Source: Macrostomum lignano | Taxonomy: Eukaryota | Length of the DNA: 64,000 nucleotides | Direction: 5' to 3' | NCBI GenBank assembly: GCA_002269645.1 | Contig: NIVC01000263.1 | Location: forward strand, 1-64,000 | Shown: one piece after another, positions 42,728-53,888 of the stretch | How the letters are laid out: every line of letters starts with the position of its first letter | Numbering within the stretch: position 1 is the stretch's first letter | Position numbers and translations under genes: made by a program | Notes under the pieces: model-generated | What the model was told of the DNA's origin: nothing | The model's input: the letters and a program-made list of their open reading frames with translations, nothing else | The model's database searches: none

Positions 42728-43902
42728 GTCAACTTCTCCTGGGAGAATTCGGTAACAAAGTAATCCAATGAAAGCCTGAACGGGGCTGAAGTGAGCTGTG
42801 CAAAATCAGCTTATTCTGACTTTGCTTTTGGGATCTACAAGTATTGATAAAATTTAGGGGGGCCGTAGCCCAGCGGTAGCGCAGCTGCTCTGGTGTGCCA
42901 GCGACACAGGCTCGATTCCAAGTGCAGTCACATTAATTTGGGGCTGAATTGGAATCTCGGCTTGGCTCTGCTCGTGCAATTAACGGCCTTGAGAGCCAAC
43001 CGCCCAAGGCGCAGTGAAGTGTACATGCCTAACGATAATATAAAGTTAGGGCCGCTGTACACTCCTGTGTGAGTGTGTGCCTGCGTACGTATCCGCGCGC
43101 TTGTATGCCTGCTCAGGGGAGTCGGCGGAATGGGCAGTAATGCCTCTCGCCGGTTGTGTGCTTATGTCGCTTAAAGTGCGCCAGGGTGCACACAACCCCC
43201 TGCCTCTAATAAAAAAAATTGATAAAATTTATTTTTCTTCATCCTTTACACACAAACTAAAATAGCCTGACTGGTTGGGGCTGCTAAGTCTGATTCTATT
43301 TTGACAGAGTTGCTTCAAAACTGACACTTTATGGTTTGTGTACCCAAAAAGTCCGCTTCATTTTTGACAACTCCGAATCAATATTGAACAGTTTACAATC
43401 AATTTTTACTAAAAAACTTTTTGAAAAAGATTTTGACAATTTTGACTAAGAATCGTTTAGCTTGGAAATGTCGAGGCAGTCTTTTGTCTATGACAGTTTG
43501 TTTTTTGTCAAGTCTTGAGGCAGCCTGCGCCTCGAATCTAATTGGCTACTGCTTCAGTTTTTACCATCGAGGTTGGTCAGATCAACGTATGCACATCTTA
43601 CGTGCACAACGTAAACTGTTCAATATTGATTCGGAGTTGTCAAAAATGAAGCGGACTTTTTGGGTACACAAACCATAGAGTGTCAGTTTTGAAGCAACTC
43701 TGTCAAAATAGAATCAGACTTAGCAGCCCCAACCAGTCAGGCTATTTTAGTCTGTGTAAAGGATGGAGAAAAATAAATTTTATCAATACTTGTAGATCCC
43801 AAAAGCAAAGTCAAAATAAGCTGATTTTGCACAGCTCACTTCAGCCCCGTTCAGGCTTTCATTGGATTACTTTGTTACCGAATTCTCCCAGGAGAAGTTG
43901 AC
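42728..43902. mobile_element. Foldback/MITE with long inverted arms
   Basis: GTCAACTTCTCCTGGGAGAATTC ... GAATTCTCCCAGGAGAAGTTGAC; arms ~300 bp after removing the SINE; TA flanks at 42726-27 and 43903-04. Confidence 0.88.
42857..43217 (+). mobile_element. tRNA-derived SINE, copy 2
   Basis: Head GGGGGGCCGTAGCCCAGCGGTAG...GGCTCGATTCC, polyA tail, 14-bp TSD ATTGATAAAATTTA (42843-56 and 43218-31). Confidence 0.9.
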
Positions 43903-46420
43903 TAAACGTGCAATTTCAAAATTGAAGCTTGATTGTAGATTTGAGTGCCCGACCATAGAGTGTCAATATTGAAGAGGAGTCTGTCAGTTTCGAAGACGAG
44001 GGTAAAATGGTGTACGCAGGCTAAAATGATTTTAAGACGTAAAACTTCCATCAAAGTTATCAGCTCTTTACATACGAAATTGTCTATGGCGAAACCTATG
44101 CTTTGCCAGCTAGCTTTAAAACCAAGCTATGCCACAATATACAGAGCTTTTTGTACAACCCTCGTAGTATGCTCAGAGAATTGTCTTCGACGATGCTCAA
44201 TTTCGAGCTTAGGAAAGCCACCCTATCTAACTAGGGGCAAGAGCCAGGGATTACAGAAGTCGAAAAGCGTTGTCTCTGCTTCAGAAACCGGGTAAGCAAG
44301 CTACCTCATTACAAAACTGTTTCTAAAATGTCAGACTAAGAAAAGGAAATTAAAAGCTAGGTTAAAAAAATTTCACCCGACGCTATACGATTGCAATAAT
44401 AAGCACCAATTGTTTACAAACAATATAGGCTTGTATATTTGCCATAAAGATCGAGTTACAAACAGGTAATTAAAAATATTAGTATTTAGTTGAAACCAAC
44501 AGCAGACTAAAACCACAGAATGCAGCTACACTGAAGCCAACAAAATCGATTCGCACAAAATTAAGCCTTAAAGCTTCTTGCCTGATCGGGTTTTGAATCA
44601 TCTCCGCTCCTGCCGGGATGGTACGCAGTGCTTACCATAGTTATTCTTTTAGCAAAGAGAGACATTCCTATTCACAACTGAGCGTGCAGCGGATACATAG
44701 AACAGACAGAAGAGGACTGACTATGACGCTGTGACAACAATGAACATCGCTCGATTACCATAGACAACAGTTATGTTTATAGTCTACTGCTTGACTGTAC
44801 TATGTGGGGTACAATGGTACAGTCTTTTCTGTGTCTAATTTTTGTGAATCCCGCTGGGGCTTTAAAACTAAGGGGTGATTTGACCGAGGGGTGAGGTAAG
44901 ATCAAAGGGGTGAAAGCGAGTTAACTGAGAATATTTAGTCACAATGCCGACTATGCTATCCATAGAGGCGACTGCAAATGAGTAAAGTTTCAGCTTTAAA
45001 ATTTCATTTATCTTGCAAAAATATCAGATACTCCTGTATGGTCAGCAGGGCATACCATAGCCGGCAAGAACGGACATGGTAGGCGTGACCATAGACACGA
45101 AAGAGGCACAGGTCGGCAGCTAGAAGTGAAAGCGCGACGTTCAATAGTTTTATATTCGTTTCGATAGATTACCTAATTTCTGTGGAGCTATTTAGATTAG
45201 TGGCCTCAATAACAGCTGCAACATTGCGGCTCACAGAAGCGAAAATTGGCACTCGTAAATTAAACGTAAAGTTGCGAAAAATCAGCGACAGAAAATGCTT
45301 ATTGAATTCGTAAAGACTGCTAATGCAACGTTTTGAATAAACAAAAAATATTTAGGGAACGAATAATGAACAAAAGGCGTAAGAAAAAGGATGTAGATAG
45401 AAAGTTTTTGGGTGCCAAGTTTTTGCAGCACTTATTATTTTACTGTAGCAAATTGGTAGCTTCTTAGAAGTACATGTAACTTTCAGCATGCAGTGTAAAG
45501 TACGAAAGAGTCGAGATTAAAATAAATGCTTGGACTCTTGCCTTGACTATTTATTTTATAGCAAACATAATAACACTAAAGTTAACCCAGAGCAAGTAGC
45601 AACAAATTAACTTTAGAAAGAAGCCGATTGGCTCTAACGGAGATCCATATAATATTGGACCTAAAATAATAAGAATAAGCTTAAAAATAAGTGGACAGAA
45701 TGCATACTAGCACCCAGAAACAAACATAGCAACAAGAGATTACTAAACCATGAAAGAACACTAACAGGAAACAGTAACTAGAATATTAAATGCCTATAGA
45801 AGTATTATTAAAGATTTAGTATATTGTGATCAAACTTGTTTTAAACATTAGCATGTTAATTTTAAAGTCATCTTTCAATAACGATTGTTGTTTGGCCCCT
45901 AGTATTAAAAGTGCATTCGAACATTTCACCCGAAGGACTAAGGCTTACTGAAAAAATACTCGTATACAGGACAAAATAAAAATTTAAATACTACCCCAAG
46001 ACACACGCCCCTAGACCAAGTGTTTAAACTGTAGTCAAACTGTAAGTACGAGTACATTATTACTGGCTTGATGGAGCAGTTTAACCTGTGAATACAATTC
46101 AATCTACATTCACTACTTATTTGTACTAGCTAAAATCAATATTTTCAGACAACCTACACACTTTTGTAGTTACTCGAAACGATCTCGATTTTGTTGACGA
46201 ATTTAGGCACTATACTAGCCGTGACCAAAACACACTTTGATGCACCACATGCATCTAGAAGCCGGAAGAACAAATATAATTTCAAGCCCACTGTCGCTCC
46301 CTCATAGCAAAATATGAGACGATCCATAATAACTGGCAAAGCGACGCAACACCAAAAAACACGTACTTATGAAAGATTGCAGCAAAAAACAGCGTTAGTA
46401 AAAGTTCGTCTAAAGTGCAT

Positions 46421-49400
46421 TTAAGCAGAATATAAAAACTTCAGACACACGTCCGCTATGCTGGCTCGAGGGAGGCCCAATTCCAATAAACAATTAATGC
46501 TGAACTTCAACTCTCCGAATTCGATAATCTTGTCGCACGCTTCGGGACTAAAGCAGCGATTGTCGCTAGATTCAAGAATGCATTCAAAAGCAAAAGCATC
46601 TCGGTACAACTCTTCACGCTGCGGCAAAACCTTCAACTGCAGCTCGTCTAGCGAGCCTTCCTCTTCGTTGCCATAGTCGATGAACAACACGCGAATCGAG
46701 TCGGAGCTGACAGCTTTTACCTCGGCCCGATACCAGCCGCCTTCGAACAGACCAATGCAGAACTGTCCTATCTGAGGTGCAGTCAATGCCTCTGAGCTGG
46801 CAGCCTCAACGTCGAGTTGGCTCTGCAAGGAAGCCAACTCATCCAGATCTCGGCTGCTCTGAATCCACAAGTGCAGCTTAGTACCATCATCTGAGGGTGT
46901 AACGAGGCTTACAACTCCTGTGAATGTTCCGCTTTGGGTGCTCTTCGAAACTGCCCATGTCTCCGACTTATTGGCTTGTGATTCAATCTGTTGCTTCCCC
47001 GACTCAATAACTGCGGCACTGTCTGCGTTGGCTGCAGCAGCATCCGTGACTTCAATGACTGTAAGAGACTGCAGAATGTCTTTTGGTATGCTGACCGTGG
47101 GCGGCTCAGAATCAGTTGACGGATCAATGCTGAACTGCAACTCTCCATACTCGACGATCTTGTCGCAGGCGTCAGGACTAAAGCAGCGGTTGTCACTAGA
47201 TTTCAAAATGCATTCGAAAGCAAAAGCATCTCGGTACAACTCTTCACGCTGCGGCAAAACCTTCAACTGCAGCTCGTCTAGCGAGCCTTCCTCTTCGTTG
47301 CCATAGTCGATGAACAACACGCGAATCGAGTCGGAGCTGACAGCTTTTACCTCGGCCCGATACCAGCCGCCTTCGAACAGACCAATGCAGAACTGTCCTA
47401 TCTGAGGTGCAGTCAATGCCTCTGAGCTGGCAGCCTCAACGTCGAGTTGGCTCTGCAAGGAAGCCAACTCATCCAGATCTCGGCTGCTCTGAATCCACAA
47501 GTGCAGCTTAGTACCATCATCTGAGGGTGTAACGAGGCTTACAACTCCTGTGAATGTTCCGCTTTGGGTGCTCTTCGAAACTGCCCATGTCTCCGACTTA
47601 TTGGCTTGTGATTCAATCTGTTGCTTCCCCGACTCAATAACTGCGGCACTGTCTGCGTTGGCTGCAGCAGCATCCGTGACTTCAATGACTGTAAGAGACT
47701 GCAGAATGTCTTTTGGTATGCTGACCGTGGGCGGCTCAGAATCAGTTGACGGATCAATGCTGAACTGCAACTCTCCATACTCGACGATCTTGTCGCAGGC
47801 GTCAGTACTAAAGCAGCAATTATCGCTAGATTGCAGAATGCATTCGAAAGCAAAAACATCTCGGTACAACTCTTCACGCTGCGGCAAAACCTTCAACTGC
47901 AGCTCGTCTAGCGAGCCTTCCTCTTCGTTGCCATAGTCGATGAACAACACGCGAATCGAGTCGGAGCTGACAGCTTTTACCTCGGCCCGATACCAGCCGC
48001 CTTCGAACAGACCAATGCAGAACTGTCCTATCTGAGGTGCAGTCAATGCCTCTGAGCTGGCAGCCTCAACGTCGAGTTGGCTCTGCAAGGAAGCCAACTC
48101 ATCCAGATCTCGGCTGCTCTGAATCCACAAGTGCAGCTTAGTACCATCATCTGAGGGTGTAACGAGGCTTACAACTCCTGTGAATGTTCCGCTTTGGGTG
48201 CTCTTCGAAACTGCCCATGTCTCCGACTTATTGGCTTGTGATTCAATCTGTTGCTTCCCCGACTCAATAACTGCGGCACTGTCTGCGTTGGCTGCAGCAG
48301 CATCCGTGACTTCAATGACTGTAAGAGACTGCAGAATGTCTTTTGGTATGCTGACCGTGGGCGGCTCAGAATCAGTTGACGGATCAATGCTGAACTGCAA
48401 CTCTCCATACTCGACGATCTTGTCGCAGGCGTCAGTACTAAAGCAGCAATTATCGCTAGATTGCAGAATGCATTCGAAAGCAAAAACATCTCGGTACAAC
48501 TCTTCACGCTGCGGCAAAACCTTCAACTGCAGCTCGTCTAGCGAGCCTTCCTCTTCGTTGCCATAGTCGATGAACAACACGCGAATCGAGTCGGAGCTGA
48601 CAGCTTTTACCTCGGCCCGATACCAGCCGCCTTCGAACAGACCAATGCAGAACTGTCCTATCTGAGGTGCAGTCAATGCCTCTGAGCTGGCAGCCTCAAC
48701 GTCGAGTTGGCTCTGCAAGGAAGCCAACTCATCCAGATCTCGGCTGCTCTGAATCCACAAGTGCAGCTTAGTACCATCATCTGAGGGTGTAACGAGGCTT
48801 ACAACTCCTGTGAATGTTCCGCTTTGGGTGCTCTTCGAAACTGCCCATGTCTCCGACTTATTGGCTTGTGATTCAATCTGTTGCTTCCCCGACTCAATAA
48901 CTGCGGCACTGTCTGCGTTGGCTGCAGCAGCATCCGTGACTTCAATGACTGTAAGAGACTGCAGAATGTCTTTTGGTATGCTGACCGTGGGCGGCTCAGA
49001 ATCAGTTGACGGATCAATGCTGAACTGCAACTCTCCATACTCGACGATCTTGTCGCAGGCGTCAGTACTAAAGCAGCAATTATCGCTAGATTGCAGAATG
49101 CATTCGAAAGCAAAAACATCTCGGTACAACTCTTCACGCTGCGGCAAAACCTTCAACTGCAGCTCGTCTAGCGAGCCTTCCTCTTCGTTGCCATAGTCGA
49201 TGAACAACACGCGAATCGAGTCGGAGCTGACAGCTTTTACCTCGGCCCGATACCAGCCGCCTTCGAACAGACCAATGCAGAACTGTCCTATCTGAGGTGC
49301 AGTCAATGCCTCTGAGCTGGCAGCCTCAACGTCGAGTTGGCTCTGCAAGGAAGCCAACTCATCCAGATCTCGGCTGCTCTGAATCCACAAGTGCAGCTTA

Positions 49401-52400
49401 GTACCATCATCTGAGGGTGTAACGAGGCTTACAACTCCTGTGAATGTTCCGCTTTGGGTGCTCTTCGAAACTGCCCATGTCTCCGACTTATTGGCTTGTG
49501 ATTCAATCTGTTGCTTCCCCGACTCAATAACTGCGGCACTGTCTGCGTTGGCTGCAGCAGCATCCGTGACTTCAATGACTGTAAGAGACTGCAGAATGTC
49601 TTTTGGTATGCTGACCGTGGGCGGCTCAGAATCAGTTGACGGATCAATGCTGAACTGCAACTCTCCATACTCGACGATCTTGTCGCAGGCGTCAGTACTA
49701 AAGCAGCAATTATCGCTAGATTGCAGAATGCATTCGAAAGCAAAAGCATCTCGGTACAACTCTTCACGCTTCGGCAAAACCTTCAACTGCAGCTCGTCTA
49801 GCGAGCCTTCCTCTTCGTTGCCATAGTCGATGAACAACACGCGAATCGAGTCGGAGCTGACAGCTTTTACCTCGGCCCGATACCAGCCGCCTTCGAACAG
49901 ACCAATGCAGAACTGTCCTATCTGAGGTGCAGTCAATGCCTCTGAGCTGGCAGCCTCAACGTCGAGTTGGCTCTGCAAGGAAGCCAACTCATCCAGATCT
50001 CGGCTGCTCTGAATCCACAAGTGCAGCTTTCTATAATCTTTTAGAGGTGATGCATGGCTCACAACACTTTCGCTGGAACTAATGTAAGATTTTTTTGAAA
50101 CAATCCAATTCAACTCCATGCAATTTAAGAGGTGTTTGCTTTTACTGGATTTGACATGATCCGCATACAATTCGTTTGCATCATGTTTAGAATAAGCTTG
50201 TTGATAAGCAGTAGTTGGTAGTTTATGCAGACTAGTGAGAAAATCGTGCTTCTCAAACTGTAATCGGACCTTAATCGGGATAGAGTCCTTATCGACGACT
50301 TTGACGGACAGTTGTTTATTAAGAAGCTTTCTAAAACTCGTAATGGCCTCCTCTCTATAGAAGCGGAGGTCACAATCTGCAAGGCTGCAGTGAAGTGCAA
50401 ACGCGCTGCATTTTAAAGCCTCGTCGGATATACACCGCAAAAAGTCTTGTGGCACAAGAGCGATGTTTCCATAGTCCACGAACTTGACTACGTAGTGGGC
50501 GTTATCTAAATTGGCAATGAGCGCGGCACGGTACCAAGTAAAGTTTTCTGTATACATGGCAAGGCATGGTTGTCCAGCATGCAACTCTCCTTCCAGCTTA
50601 CATGATGATTTAGCGATTTCTTGGATTTTGGACATAGTAGTGCGTAAAAGCTCTACGTCTTCGTCCAGCAACAAGTAAAATGAACACAGATTTTCGATGT
50701 GCGTGATGTTGGCCAAGAATGAATCGTTAGGAGGTGACTTGGCTATGTAGGCAATGCTTAGCGGAGTTAGGCGGGTGTCGTAAGAACAAAATGAGCCTGA
50801 CAAAGCGCTGGTCGAGTTTGCTCGCTCAACTGAGATTTCGACACCGTTTGGATCAATAGTCAAACCATTTAAGTCAGCTGATAAAGCAACGCTCGCAGAG
50901 ATGACATCAGCTGAAACGGAATTAATCTTGATAATACAACAGGCGCCTGATAAAACAGAGCTAAGAGAGCTTTTTAGCAGCCTAAAGTCATTAATGTCTA
51001 CCTTTACACAACAGACAGGAATGTTGCAGATTTTATTGGAAGCAGCAAAAATGCTTGACATAGAAACAGTGTCAAGGGTGCCAAAGTCGACGGAGAAAAT
51101 GAGACATGTGTTGGTATCGTAGCTAACAGAGCGAATCAAGCCTCGGCAAAGGCAATTATTTTGCTTGAAAATAACTGGCGCACCGATTTTGAAAGTTGAG
51201 AGCAGCGACAGTTCGTTTAGTGAGTTGCTGTTTAAAACACTTGATACCATTTCAAGAATAGATTTGTCTTTGTCCAACTGAAAGTAGGCAGCGCCGGTGC
51301 CTTCAGTCGCGCAGCACACAGCAGAGTAAGAGCAACCTGCATTCAAACTGGTATAGTCGTATGGAACAAAGCTAAGTCCTTCTGAGTTTTCCAAAGATTG
51401 AACGTCATCTAAAACGCATTTGATTTCATTTTGAGATAACTGGCTGGTAGCACGAGAATTCGGATTGCCATTTGCGGTGTCAGCAGCCTTAAAAATGTTT
51501 CTGGTCTCAAGCCAGTCAGAGAGGCGCAATCCACTGTGGCATGGAATTATTTCGGCATAATTGCCTAGTGAATTAGAATCCTCTACTGGCGTCACAGAAA
51601 CAATAGCAGGAAATCCAATGAAGTTTCTTACTTCAGCTAAATGCTTTTCATTGAGCGGATTGTTGACTCGCTTGTCAATAAGGAAGGCTTTTGCCAAAGG
51701 AGCATACTGAAGCTGACTTGGAATCACAAAGCAATCAGTAACTTTAATGGTAGCGTTCGAACCATAATCCAGTAGATTAACTTGTAGGGCGTCATCAGAC
51801 CTCCCTAGAAGGCTTGCACGGTAGTATTTTCCACCAACTTCAACACCAAAGACGCTGGGAACATCCGAATGAGATGAAAATCGCACGTTAGCTAGAATTT
51901 CAAGCTGGCTCTCTAGCTGATGAAGTCTTTTGGCGTCAGATACTTTTTGAACAAAAATTAATCCGCTCGAGGATATGTGAGTTACGACTCCAAGATAGTT
52001 CACACCTGCGCTTGTGGTCATCTGAGTCATATTGGACTCTAAATCAAGGCTTTTAGTAGCAATTCCGAACCTAACGTTGATGGACTTGCAAGTTGTTCGA
52101 CTGCAAAGTTCCACCGGGACAAGAGATTCAACAGATTCAGAATCATCGGGGACGAAAACTGCCTGAAGAACGTCGGTACCTTGAGAGCTCATCTCCGTCC
52201 ACAAGCGTTGGCACTCGTCAGGTTTCCAACCTCCGTCTGGTTCCTTGATTAATCGTAGTTTGCAATGCACTGCTTGCTTGTTTAACGCCTTGAATTCTTC
52301 TGGCAGAAGAAACAATGACTGAATGGGGACATTGATGGTCTCACCAGAGTCTACAAGCAAAATCCTATAATAGTCGGATGATTCAGAAGCAAGCACTTGG

Positions 52401-52630
52401 CCGCGATAAACATTTTCTGAATTAATCACTGCGACGAAGTCCGAAGTTTTGACTTTAGCTATTGGCTTTAAAAGTCCTTCGCTATGGAGAGAAGTCAACT
52501 CAGAAGTCAATTTTTGCAATGATCGACTATCATCATCTTTTAGCTGTAGCCAGAAATCAGTGGGGCTTGTGAATTGCGAACAGCACACAGCCCTCTCAGT
52601 AGCTGTATCAAGACGTATAGCAGGTTGCAT
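46421..52630 (-). CDS. Multi-Tudor (TDRD6/Tudor-like) protein, 2069 aa, 10 extended Tudor domains, single exon
   Basis: Four diverged N-terminal eTud domains followed by six near-identical copies. Acceptor cttttttcag 8 nt upstream of ATG 52630; TAA at 46421. Confidence 0.92.
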   Translation of the reverse strand: MQPAIRLDTATERAVCCSQFTSPTDFWLQLKDDDSRSLQKLTSELTSLHSEGLLKPIAKVKTSDFVAVINSENVYRGQVLASESSDYYRILLVDSGETINVPIQSLFLLPEEFKALNKQAVHCKLRLIKEPDGGWKPDECQRLWTEMSSQGTDVLQAVFVPDDSESVESLVPVELCSRTTCKSINVRFGIATKSLDLESNMTQMTTSAGVNYLGVVTHISSSGLIFVQKVSDAKRLHQLESQLEILANVRFSSHSDVPSVFGVEVGGKYYRASLLGRSDDALQVNLLDYGSNATIKVTDCFVIPSQLQYAPLAKAFLIDKRVNNPLNEKHLAEVRNFIGFPAIVSVTPVEDSNSLGNYAEIIPCHSGLRLSDWLETRNIFKAADTANGNPNSRATSQLSQNEIKCVLDDVQSLENSEGLSFVPYDYTSLNAGCSYSAVCCATEGTGAAYFQLDKDKSILEMVSSVLNSNSLNELSLLSTFKIGAPVIFKQNNCLCRGLIRSVSYDTNTCLIFSVDFGTLDTVSMSSIFAASNKICNIPVCCVKVDINDFRLLKSSLSSVLSGACCIIKINSVSADVISASVALSADLNGLTIDPNGVEISVERANSTSALSGSFCSYDTRLTPLSIAYIAKSPPNDSFLANITHIENLCSFYLLLDEDVELLRTTMSKIQEIAKSSCKLEGELHAGQPCLAMYTENFTWYRAALIANLDNAHYVVKFVDYGNIALVPQDFLRCISDEALKCSAFALHCSLADCDLRFYREEAITSFRKLLNKQLSVKVVDKDSIPIKVRLQFEKHDFLTSLHKLPTTAYQQAYSKHDANELYADHVKSSKSKHLLNCMELNWIVSKKSYISSSESVVSHASPLKDYRKLHLWIQSSRDLDELASLQSQLDVEAASSEALTAPQIGQFCIGLFEGGWYRAEVKAVSSDSIRVLFIDYGNEEEGSLDELQLKVLPKREELYRDAFAFECILQSSDNCCFSTDACDKIVEYGELQFSIDPSTDSEPPTVSIPKDILQSLTVIEVTDAAAANADSAAVIESGKQQIESQANKSETWAVSKSTQSGTFTGVVSLVTPSDDGTKLHLWIQSSRDLDELASLQSQLDVEAASSEALTAPQIGQFCIGLFEGGWYRAEVKAVSSDSIRVLFIDYGNEEEGSLDELQLKVLPQREELYRDVFAFECILQSSDNCCFSTDACDKIVEYGELQFSIDPSTDSEPPTVSIPKDILQSLTVIEVTDAAAANADSAAVIESGKQQIESQANKSETWAVSKSTQSGTFTGVVSLVTPSDDGTKLHLWIQSSRDLDELASLQSQLDVEAASSEALTAPQIGQFCIGLFEGGWYRAEVKAVSSDSIRVLFIDYGNEEEGSLDELQLKVLPQREELYRDVFAFECILQSSDNCCFSTDACDKIVEYGELQFSIDPSTDSEPPTVSIPKDILQSLTVIEVTDAAAANADSAAVIESGKQQIESQANKSETWAVSKSTQSGTFTGVVSLVTPSDDGTKLHLWIQSSRDLDELASLQSQLDVEAASSEALTAPQIGQFCIGLFEGGWYRAEVKAVSSDSIRVLFIDYGNEEEGSLDELQLKVLPQREELYRDVFAFECILQSSDNCCFSTDACDKIVEYGELQFSIDPSTDSEPPTVSIPKDILQSLTVIEVTDAAAANADSAAVIESGKQQIESQANKSETWAVSKSTQSGTFTGVVSLVTPSDDGTKLHLWIQSSRDLDELASLQSQLDVEAASSEALTAPQIGQFCIGLFEGGWYRAEVKAVSSDSIRVLFIDYGNEEEGSLDELQLKVLPQREELYRDAFAFECILKSSDNRCFSPDACDKIVEYGELQFSIDPSTDSEPPTVSIPKDILQSLTVIEVTDAAAANADSAAVIESGKQQIESQANKSETWAVSKSTQSGTFTGVVSLVTPSDDGTKLHLWIQSSRDLDELASLQSQLDVEAASSEALTAPQIGQFCIGLFEGGWYRAEVKAVSSDSIRVLFIDYGNEEEGSLDELQLKVLPQREELYRDAFAFECILESSDNRCFSPEACDKIIEFGELKFSINCLLELGLPRASIADVCLKFLYSA
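46560..50030 (-). repeat. 630-bp coding tandem repeat (210 aa, one Tudor domain per unit)
   Basis: The anchor GAATCCACAAGTGCAGCTT recurs at 46861, 47491, 48121, 48751, 49381 and 50011. Confidence 0.97.
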
Positions 52631-53888
52631 GCAGATACCTGAAAAAAGAAGCTATTATTTAAATACAAGTAACTTTTTCTTTACAAGAATTATAAAGTTA
52701 TTATAGCCCTGAACACAAATCAAGGTATACTTAGGTTGACTAATCAATTTGTTTGAGTGAGCTTGCCTCTAGTAGTTCTTGACAGTAGTCAGTAGTCAGC
52801 AGACAGTAGTTCACCCTCAAAATTGAACATTTTCTATAGTAAAGTTATACAATAATTTGACTGTTGCTGACTTAAGTCAGCTGTGACAAACTGTAGGTGT
52901 CAATGTAGAAACTTATAGGCTTTATGTCAGAGATAGGCTGGGTAATAAAAATGAAAAGTCCCTTTTAATCTAGTTAGCCAATAGAGTTAAAGCCATAGAT
53001 TAATTGGAGAGGCACTACTTATTTTTGTTCAGAAAATTAGGATTCTGCATTATTTTTTTCTACATACATTCCCTATATCCACTATTATAAAAATGCATAG
53101 CACAGCTCAAGTCTGCTTTATGAGTCTATTTTATCATCTTTGTTACATATATTATAACACAATCAACTAAGAAAGACAAAATAAACTTGAAGAATCAATG
53201 AGCCAAGCTGAGCATTTTAATGATTTTTGCATAGGACATGTGCAATTATATGTAAAATAAAAAAACAAGATATAATGCTAATTTTTTAAACAAAAAGCTT
53301 TACGAATATCAATAGAGCTATAAGAAGGGCACAACATATCAAAAGATGAACATTTAGTCTGCCTCTTATTGAAAGTAATAAGAATTTATTGTTTTTCTGG
53401 CAATAACAATTTGTTGAAAAATAATATTATTTTTCTATAATGCATTAAACCAGCCCTATAATTATATTTTTTTAAATGTAGTTTCCTAACTTTCTACTTT
53501 AGTAGTCCTTGATTGAATGGTCTTCAATTTGTGAATAGAGGAGCTAGACTCTAATTTACAAGTCAATATTTGAATAAACTTAGTTACAAGTATAAGCCTG
53601 AACTTAAATGATATATACAAGAAATTTTAGATCTAAGTTAAGATACACTTAAGGAAAAGAGAGCTTAAGCACAAAATAGATTTAATATTATAGCGGCTTT
53701 AGCTAAAAACTTTGAAACATTTCAACAGCATTCCTAATGAATGCTTTATAATTATTGACTAATGTATATCTGACTATAAACTTAATATTCTTGAGGCCAT
53801 GCACATAAAAGCTTTGTCCCCCAACCTCAACACTCAACTCCAACATAGTTCTCAATGTTCTCCATAGTTCTCTATGTTTTCCATCATA

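Larger units (their letters stand above)
41309..44012. mobile_element. Tc1-type MITE with the same termini as the element at 127-1269
   Basis: CACCATTTTATCCTC ... GAGGGTAAAATGGTG, TA flanks at 41307-08 and 44013-14. The arms are imperfect inverted repeats (AACTGACAAACTCCTCTTCAATATTGACA and its complement). Confidence 0.8.
40734..44164 (-). mobile_element. Outer mariner-family element (deleted), host of nested insertions
   Basis: 24-bp TIRs CGAGGGTTGTACAAAAAG(T/C)TCTGT, TA flanks at 40732-33 and 44165-66. Minus-strand transposase remnant PDLSLCDFFLFSRIK at ~40980-41035. Confidence 0.8.

Noticed and set aside
44575-44650. Weak tRNA-like A/B-box pattern on the minus strand
   Set aside because: The boxes are degenerate, with no cloverleaf, tail or TSD that I could support.
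45053-45080. ATG TCC GTT CTT GCC GGC TAT G|gtatgc as first coding exon of the downstream Tudor ORF
   Set aside because: Phase 1 donor is incompatible with the phase 2 acceptor at 40519 unless unseen exons intervene.
37193-52706. Plus-strand ORFs and alternative-frame ORFs overlapping the Tudor genes
   Set aside because: Shadows of the real minus-strand CDS; they repeat with the 630-bp unit.
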